From: a virus
Strand: one strand, 5' to 3'
Length of the DNA: 64,000 nt
Virus record (IMG/VR): IMGVR_UViG_3300027708_000024
The notes under the pieces are model-generated. The model saw nothing but the letters and a program-made list of their open reading frames with translations, did not search any database and was not told the DNA's origin. Made by a program: the position numbers and the translations under genes. Positions 19,617 to 24,723 of this stretch are shown piece by piece. The first letter of the stretch is position 1. Each line of letters begins with the position of its first letter.

Positions 19617-20419
19617 AAATTGCTGTTTGTAGTGATCTGCATTTGGAATTTGGTACTGTCAATCTCGAAAATACAGAGAATGCGGATGTCCTGATTCTTG
19701 GTGGTGATATTTGTGTTGCCGCAGATTTGAATATGAAAGATGAATATGCAATTGACTCAAGTTCTAATCGCTCTGAAAGACTTCATGAATTCTTTGATAG
19801 ATGTTGTGGAAGATTTTCCCACGTTATTTACACCACCGGAAATCATGAACACTATCACGGTAATTTTAGCAATACTTATCGAGTTCTCCTTGATAGGCTT
19901 GGCTATCTACGGAATCTACATATCCTAGATAAGGAAACATTTGTATTGGATGATATTACATTCATTGTTGGTACATTATGGACTGATATGAATAAAGAAG
20001 ATCCTATCACCCTAATGCAAATGCCAAAAGTGATGAATGATTTTCGTTATGTAAAAAATGGTGAAGTAACATTTACACCAAGAGATGCCGTTGCTGACCA
20101 TAAAAAAATGCTAGACTGCATCAAGACTACAATCGAAGGTCGAGTTGATGAGAAATTTGTTGTAGTTGGTCATCATGCACCAAGTAGAATGTCTACGCAT
20201 TCTGTGTATGCAAAAGAAGTAATTATGAATGGTGGTTATAGTTCTGATTTGAATGATTTGATCTTATCTAATCCACAAATAAAATTATGGACTCATGGCC
20301 ATACTCACCATGAATTTGATTACATGATTGGTGATTGTCGTGTGGTATGTAATCCTCGTGGTTACAAGAATTATGAAGATCGTGCTGATAATTTTGAATT
20401 GAAATTTGTAGAGGTTTGA
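19613..20419 (+). CDS. Calcineurin-like metallophosphoesterase
   Basis: SDLH, GDI, GNHE, HGHTH, NPRGY. Confidence 0.9.
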   Translation: MKIAVCSDLHLEFGTVNLENTENADVLILGGDICVAADLNMKDEYAIDSSSNRSERLHEFFDRCCGRFSHVIYTTGNHEHYHGNFSNTYRVLLDRLGYLRNLHILDKETFVLDDITFIVGTLWTDMNKEDPITLMQMPKVMNDFRYVKNGEVTFTPRDAVADHKKMLDCIKTTIEGRVDEKFVVVGHHAPSRMSTHSVYAKEVIMNGGYSSDLNDLILSNPQIKLWTHGHTHHEFDYMIGDCRVVCNPRGYKNYEDRADNFELKFVEV

Positions 20420-20420
20420 T

Positions 20421-20699
20421 ATGGAAAAAAAATTATACTTAGTTGAAACCGTTTCAATGTTTCGTATGCGATATGTTGTTGAAGCAAAAGAAGCAGAACA
20501 TGCTACTGATGAAGTAGTAATGCGTACCGATCAAATAACAGAATTCTCACAACATCATGTTGATGAGAACATTCTCTCGGTTCGTGAATTGAGTAGATTG
20601 GATTATCTTGATCTATTTGATAAAGACAATGACTATTTGTCATCATGGGATGAAGAAGCAAAAATGAATTTTATTAATAAGATTGATTATGATAACTGA
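20421..20699 (+). CDS. Hypothetical protein
   Basis: ORF with GAGG SD. Confidence 0.65.
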   Translation: MEKKLYLVETVSMFRMRYVVEAKEAEHATDEVVMRTDQITEFSQHHVDENILSVRELSRLDYLDLFDKDNDYLSSWDEEAKMNFINKIDYDN

Positions 20700-20970
20700 T
20701 AAAAATGAAGAAGCATTAAGAATTCTTCAAGAAGAATGCGCTGAAGTGATTCAAGCAATTAGTAAAATATTTAGGTTTGGTGCAGACATGAGTTACCCAA
20801 CAAATGATTCACCAACCAATAGAAATAAACTTGAAGAAGAAATTGGTGATTTGCTTGCAATGGTAGAAATTCTAGTTGCAGCAAAATACTTAGATGAAAC
20901 TCATCTTAGCGAAGCATCAAAAAATAAAAAATTGAAACTATTAAAATGGTCATCCATTTATGAAAACTAA
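20683..20970 (+). CDS. MazG-like NTP pyrophosphohydrolase
   Basis: QEECAEV...LEEEIGDL. Confidence 0.8.
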   Translation: MIMITDKNEEALRILQEECAEVIQAISKIFRFGADMSYPTNDSPTNRNKLEEEIGDLLAMVEILVAAKYLDETHLSEASKNKKLKLLKWSSIYEN

Positions 20971-21394
20971 ATTTGTTAATGCATATATGAAAGTTGCGGA
21001 AACGTTTGCAGAACTTTCATCAGCAAGACGCCTTCATGTTGGTGCGGTTATTGTAAAAGATGACCGCATCATTTCTATTGGATATAATGGTACACCAACT
21101 GGTTGGGATAACAATTGCGAAGATGAATTTCTATCTGAAGATGGTAGTTTCATGTTGAAAACTAAACCAGAAACCCTTCATGCAGAAACCAATGCAATTG
21201 CTAAGTTAGCAAAATCTACAGAATCTGGTGATGGTGCTACTCTTTTTGTTACTCATGCACCATGTTTAGATTGTGGTAAACTTGTATATCAAAGTGGAAT
21301 TCGTACAGTATTTTATCGTAATGAATATCGTGATACTAGAGGAATTGAGTTTCTAAAAAAAGCAGGCGTTACAATAGAAAAAATAAATACTTAA
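20960..21394 (+). CDS. cd: dCMP deaminase
   Basis: GYNG, HAE.NAI, PCLDC. Confidence 0.92.
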   Translation: MKTKFVNAYMKVAETFAELSSARRLHVGAVIVKDDRIISIGYNGTPTGWDNNCEDEFLSEDGSFMLKTKPETLHAETNAIAKLAKSTESGDGATLFVTHAPCLDCGKLVYQSGIRTVFYRNEYRDTRGIEFLKKAGVTIEKINT

Positions 21395-21440
21395 CTGGAT
21401 AATGCATATTTGAAATCGGAGTGATTTTAAGGAAACCAAG

Positions 21441-21947
21441 ATGCGTATACAGGTATTTAATTGTCCTGATAAAGAGTTCAAACCTTACATTATTGATGCT
21501 GTTGAATTTTATAGTCAGTCTTTATTTTCTAATAAGATGTTAGAATCAGACTTGAATATTAAAATCAAATTTAATAGTAAATTGACTGTTTATGGTTACG
21601 CATCAATTATTGGATACAACAAATCGAAGAAAGCCAGAAAATTTTTAATCGAACTGCATCCAGGTATTGGTTCTAGAAGAATACTGGAAACATTGGCACA
21701 TGAGATGGTTCATGTAAAGCAGTTTGCATACAATGAGACTAATGAAAAATTAAGCAGATGGAAAGGCACAAAAATCAATCCTGAGCAGGTAGATTACTTT
21801 GACCATCCTTGGGAAATAGAAGCATACGGTAAAGAAGTTGGATTGTTTACCAAATATGCCATACATAATCAATTGTGGCATGTGTTTAGTGATATCAGAA
21901 ATCCAGATGATCCGATAGAAATTGGCAAGATTAATTGGAAAATGTGA
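21441..21947 (+). CDS. Zincin-like metallopeptidase domain protein
   Basis: LAHEMVHVKQ and PWEIEAY. Confidence 0.7.
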   Translation: MRIQVFNCPDKEFKPYIIDAVEFYSQSLFSNKMLESDLNIKIKFNSKLTVYGYASIIGYNKSKKARKFLIELHPGIGSRRILETLAHEMVHVKQFAYNETNEKLSRWKGTKINPEQVDYFDHPWEIEAYGKEVGLFTKYAIHNQLWHVFSDIRNPDDPIEIGKINWKM

Positions 21948-21964
21948 TAAATTTATTAACTTTT

Positions 21965-22017
21965 TGTTGTTTTTTTACAACAAAACCCTTGACTTTATAA
22001 AAAAAATACTATATAAT
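21965..22017 (+). promoter_or_regulatory. sigma70 promoter of tRNA-array leader with upstream palindrome
   Basis: TGTTGT-N6-ACAACA (21965-21982); TTGACT(21989)-17-TATAAT(22012). Confidence 0.8.
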
Positions 22018-22050
22018 AGCAGAATATTAAATTTTAACTGAAAGAAAAAA

Positions 22051-22146
22051 ATGTTGTCCTTACATAAACCCACAACCAGTCAACCAGGATATCGCACAAT
22101 TAATTGCGGCGAAGCGTCATGGTTTGCCTTCGGGGTTCGTGTATAG
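22051..22146 (+). CDS. Leader peptide MLSLHKPTTSQPGYRTINCGEASWFAFGVRV (31 aa, 30 distinct codons)
   Basis: GAAAG SD-like at 22040-22044; ORF between promoter and terminator; its end overlaps the antiterminator. Confidence 0.7.
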   Translation: MLSLHKPTTSQPGYRTINCGEASWFAFGVRV

Positions 22147-22202
22147 ATAGTAAAAGTTAAACTCTAAACACAAGACCCCTAATCAAAAGTTAGGGGTTTT
22201 TT
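22132..22202 (+). terminator. Attenuator: intrinsic terminator with overlapping antiterminator
   Basis: Terminator ACCCCTAA(22175-82)/TTAGGGGT(22190-97) plus T run; antiterminator 22132-22147 pairs with 22163-22179. Confidence 0.8.
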
Positions 22203-22214
22203 GTTTGTAGTTTT

Positions 22215-22304
22215 GGAAGTGTGCCAGAGTCCGGTTTATTGGAACAGTCTTGAAAACTGTCGTATCGAAAGGTACCGTGAGTTCGAATCTCACCGCTTCC
22301 GCCA
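22215..22304 (+). tRNA. tRNA-Ser(UGA)
   Basis: Cloverleaf, long variable arm, loop CTTGAAA, GTTCGAATC, encoded CCA. Confidence 0.93.
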
Positions 22305-22312
22305 GATTAACT

Positions 22313-22406
22313 GGAACATTGGCCGAGTTGGTCTAAGGCACTTTCCTGCTAAGAAAGCATCGGGTCAAAAACCTGATCGTTGGTTCGAATCCAACATGTT
22401 CCGCCA
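22313..22406 (+). tRNA. tRNA-Ser(GCU)
   Basis: Anticodon arm CTTTC-CTGCTAA-GAAAG, long variable arm, CCA. Confidence 0.92.
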
Positions 22407-22415
22407 AAGTTTCAT

Positions 22416-22491
22416 GTACAGGTGGTCTGAGTGGTTAGGCGGCAGGTTGCAACCCTGTCCTATGCAGGTTCGATTCCTGTCCTGTACTCCA
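22416..22491 (+). tRNA. tRNA-Cys(GCA)
   Basis: Acceptor GTACAGG/CCTGTAC, U73, loop TTGCAAC, CCA. Confidence 0.9.
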
Positions 22492-22509
22492 GTTGCAAAA
22501 ATAGTAACA

Positions 22510-22560
22510 TGTTGTATAAAAACAACAGCGCTTGACAAAACGATTAATTGGTAGTATAAT
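22510..22560 (+). promoter_or_regulatory. Consensus sigma70 promoter inside tRNA array with upstream palindrome
   Basis: TGTTGT-N6-ACAACA (22510-22527); TTGACA(22532)-17-TATAAT(22555). Confidence 0.85.
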
Positions 22561-22740
22561 TGTTTCTGTTGAGTTGATAAACAAACGGAAATAAACGATC
22601 CGTCTCCCTAGTGGAGTTTAGCAAGGGTTTGGTGTGGTAATGACTTCGGCACCATGTAACAGTCAGTTCCTTGTTAGTTTTCGATCAGATGGTAGGTAAC
22701 TACCCAATGGTTGTAGGTGACGATGGGCTTTATAGGAACC
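22561..22740 (+). ncRNA. Unidentified structured RNA with nested H-type pseudoknot
   Basis: Multiple stems, no plausible ORF; begins at the promoter start site. Confidence 0.5.
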
Positions 22741-22753
22741 TTCAAGAGTTTAT

Positions 22754-22828
22754 GCACCGTTCGTCTATCGGTTAGGACACTGCCCTTTCACGGCGGTAAG
22801 AGGAGTTCGATTCTCCTACGGTGTACCA
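22754..22828 (+). tRNA. tRNA-Glu(UUC)
   Basis: GCACCGT/ACGGTGT, loop CTTTCAC, CCA. Confidence 0.92.
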
Positions 22829-22831
22829 TAT

Positions 22832-23052
22832 TGAAACACATTACTAAGAGTCCAGGTTCAGAGCGTGGCATAGTGTGTTTCACTATGTTAGACTTGAGTT
22901 GTGGCAAGTATAGTCCACAAACAGGAGTGTAACCTGATGAATACAGAACATAAGTATTCAACGTGATGAGCCATTTTTGACCGTGGGATTTAGGCAAGAA
23001 ACACATAATAAAACGGCAGACGTAAAACACGACTACAATCGTCTAGGTAGTC
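22832..23052 (+). ncRNA. Unidentified multi-hairpin/pseudoknot RNA(s) after tRNA-Glu
   Basis: 12-bp stem 22832-43/22871-82, then several hairpins and two potential H-type pseudoknots. Confidence 0.5.
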
Positions 23053-23080
23053 AATTTTTTAACTGATAATGGAGATACAC

Positions 23081-23269
23081 ATGAGTAAAGTTTACTTGGG
23101 TCGTTTCAATCAGTATAAAGTCGGTACTAGAACTGCTACTGGCATGAAAGAAGCAAAGTTCTATCAACGTGGTTATAAATTACTTAGTGGTAAAGAATAC
23201 AAGATCAAAAAATTAAATAAGATTGTGCAAGTATGGCACGATATCGATGAAGGTTTTATTGTAGTATAA
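23081..23269 (+). CDS. Small basic hypothetical protein within tRNA array
   Basis: GGAG SD, ATG 23081. Confidence 0.6.
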   Translation: MSKVYLGRFNQYKVGTRTATGMKEAKFYQRGYKLLSGKEYKIKKLNKIVQVWHDIDEGFIVV

Positions 23270-23276
23270 AGTCTAT

Positions 23277-23352
23277 TGCCTTGTAGCTCAGTCGGTAGAG
23301 CAGGTGACTGTTAATCACCCTGTCGTTGGTTCGATCCCAACCTCTGGAGCCA
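23277..23352 (+). tRNA. tRNA-Asn(GUU) with mismatched acceptor stem (possible pseudo-tRNA)
   Basis: Normal D, anticodon and T arms and GCCA end, but acceptor TGCCTTG/CTCTGGA has 4 mismatches. Confidence 0.7.
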
Positions 23353-23391
23353 CTTTTAAGTTTACAGTGTACTAGTTTTAAGTTTACAATT

Positions 23392-23466
23392 CTCGGTGTG
23401 GTGTAATTGGCAGCACCACGGTCTCCAAAACCGTTAGTTGCGGTTCAAATCCGTACACCGAGGCCA
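23392..23466 (+). tRNA. tRNA-Trp(CCA)
   Basis: CTCGGTG/CACCGAG, loop CTCCAAA, CCA. Confidence 0.92.
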
Positions 23467-23474
23467 AGTTTATT

Positions 23475-23548
23475 GCGGGATTAGTTTAATGGTAAAACTA
23501 GAGATTTCCAATCTTTCGTCATCAGTTCGATTCTGATATCCCGCTCCA
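23475..23548 (+). tRNA. tRNA-Gly(UCC)
   Basis: GCGGGAT/ATCCCGC, U73, loop TTTCCAA. Confidence 0.92.
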
Positions 23549-23565
23549 TCAATTTAAGGAATGTT

Positions 23566-23805
23566 ATGCGACCATTGAATGATAATATTATAGTTGAACG
23601 AATTGAAAAAGAGAATGTTACTAGTTCTGGTATTCTTTTGAAATCTAGTGATGAAGCAGACAAAGCAAAAGTTACTGCTATTGGATCTGATGTTGTTGAT
23701 GTCAATATTGATGATATTCTATTGATCAATTGGAACAAAGCAAGAAAAATCTCTGACAACATCTATCAAGTAAACATTGAAGATGTTATTGGTGTATTTG
23801 AATAG
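23566..23805 (+). CDS. groES: Co-chaperonin GroES-like
   Basis: MRPLND.IIV, T.SGILL, V.AIG, DVIGV. Confidence 0.88.
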   Translation: MRPLNDNIIVERIEKENVTSSGILLKSSDEADKAKVTAIGSDVVDVNIDDILLINWNKARKISDNIYQVNIEDVIGVFE

Positions 23806-23826
23806 ATACTGTAAGGTCTAGTAAAT

Positions 23827-23901
23827 CTGCCCGTAGTTAAATGGATATAACACTAGCCTTCTAAGCTTGCGTTCCAGGTTCGATTCCTGGCGGGCGGACC
23901 A
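23827..23901 (+). tRNA. tRNA-Arg(UCU)
   Basis: CTGCCCG/CGGGCGG, loop CTTCTAA, CCA. Confidence 0.9.
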
Positions 23902-23943
23902 AATATTAAAGTGCATAAATATATACTTTAAAGGACAGTCATA

Positions 23944-24249
23944 ATGAACTACTTAAAAGCAGTATTTTTGGCTGTACTATGCACATTCTATGCAGTATCC
24001 TACGCCGCAGCACCTATTCCTTTCGATTTTGAAAAACCAGTAAAGTGCGCCAAGACGGTGGAATTACTTGAGTATTTTGAAAGTGAATATGGTGAAACAG
24101 TAAAGTGGTTAGCAAAAGATGGATCGTCAGATTCATATTTCGCAGTTTTGATGAATGATAACAAACTCACATGGACTATCATGCAGTTTGACACCGAAGT
24201 TGCTTGTGTACTAGGTACTGGAAAACAAGTAAAATTAACTCATCTATAA
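23944..24249 (+). CDS. Exported hypothetical protein (signal peptide)
   Basis: Hydrophobic N-terminus ending SYA; CATAAATA late-type promoter at 23914. Confidence 0.65.
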   Translation: MNYLKAVFLAVLCTFYAVSYAAAPIPFDFEKPVKCAKTVELLEYFESEYGETVKWLAKDGSSDSYFAVLMNDNKLTWTIMQFDTEVACVLGTGKQVKLTHL

Positions 24250-24255
24250 ATCAAT

Positions 24256-24330
24256 CGCAGGATAGCGCAGCGGTAGAGCACCGGACTCATAATCCGGAGG
24301 TCGAAGGTTCGATTCCTTCTCCTGCAACCA
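24256..24330 (+). tRNA. tRNA-Met(CAU), initiator-like
   Basis: C1xA72 mismatch, loop CTCATAA, CCA. Confidence 0.88.
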
Positions 24331-24352
24331 TCACATTCTCACCAAAAAATAC

Positions 24353-24381
24353 TTGCAACCTGCAATGGGTTGTGTTATAAT
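24353..24381 (+). promoter_or_regulatory. sigma70-type promoter
   Basis: TTGCAA-17-TATAAT with TG extension. Confidence 0.7.
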
Positions 24382-24411
24382 TATTGAACTTGAGATTATT
24401 TAGGAGACATC

Positions 24412-24723
24412 ATGATTTTGATATTTAAATTGACAACCGGAGAAGAAGTTCTCGGTGAAATGGTTAATGCCACATTGGGTGATTTTTATTATTCGATTAA
24501 AAATCCAGTCGCCGTTGCAGTTGTTCGTGGTAAAGATGGACAACCTAATGTAGGATTTGCTCCATTCCCAATACACTCAGAACAGAAAAAAGATTTCACT
24601 ATTGACATTCCTAGAGAGCATGTAGTATACTCATATACTCCTGCTGAAGATTTTATTAATAATTACAATCAAATCTTTGGTTCTGGTATCGTGCTTCCAT
24701 CTAAACAACTGATAACTGGTTAA
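24412..24723 (+). CDS. Conserved hypothetical (Sm-like) upstream of DNA polymerase
   Basis: FKLTTGEEVLGE; YNQIFGSGIVLP. Confidence 0.7.
   Translation: MILIFKLTTGEEVLGEMVNATLGDFYYSIKNPVAVAVVRGKDGQPNVGFAPFPIHSEQKKDFTIDIPREHVVYSYTPAEDFINNYNQIFGSGIVLPSKQLITG

Noticed and set aside
22215-22304. TGA in the anticodon loop as a sign of a suppressor tRNA or recoded genome
   Set aside because: Anticodon UGA reads UCA (Ser); core genes are intact in the standard code and all three stops are used.
22934-22962. CTGATGA hammerhead core followed by a hairpin
   Set aside because: The stem is followed by TCAA, not GAAA, and no stem I/III arrangement is evident.
22201-23030. ORF-track entries 22201-22554, 22717-22932 and 22788-23030
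   Set aside because: They overlap clear tRNA genes and structured RNA and have no SD or protein-like features.
23354-23388. TTTTAAGTTTACA direct repeat as a mini-CRISPR
   Set aside because: Only two 13-nt copies 9 nt apart; no array or cas genes anywhere in the window.
22304-24345. HDV-like (theta) ribozymes at tRNA 3' ends
   Set aside because: All tRNAs encode CCA and I could not build the nested double pseudoknot directly after any of them; a cmsearch would be needed to exclude it fully.
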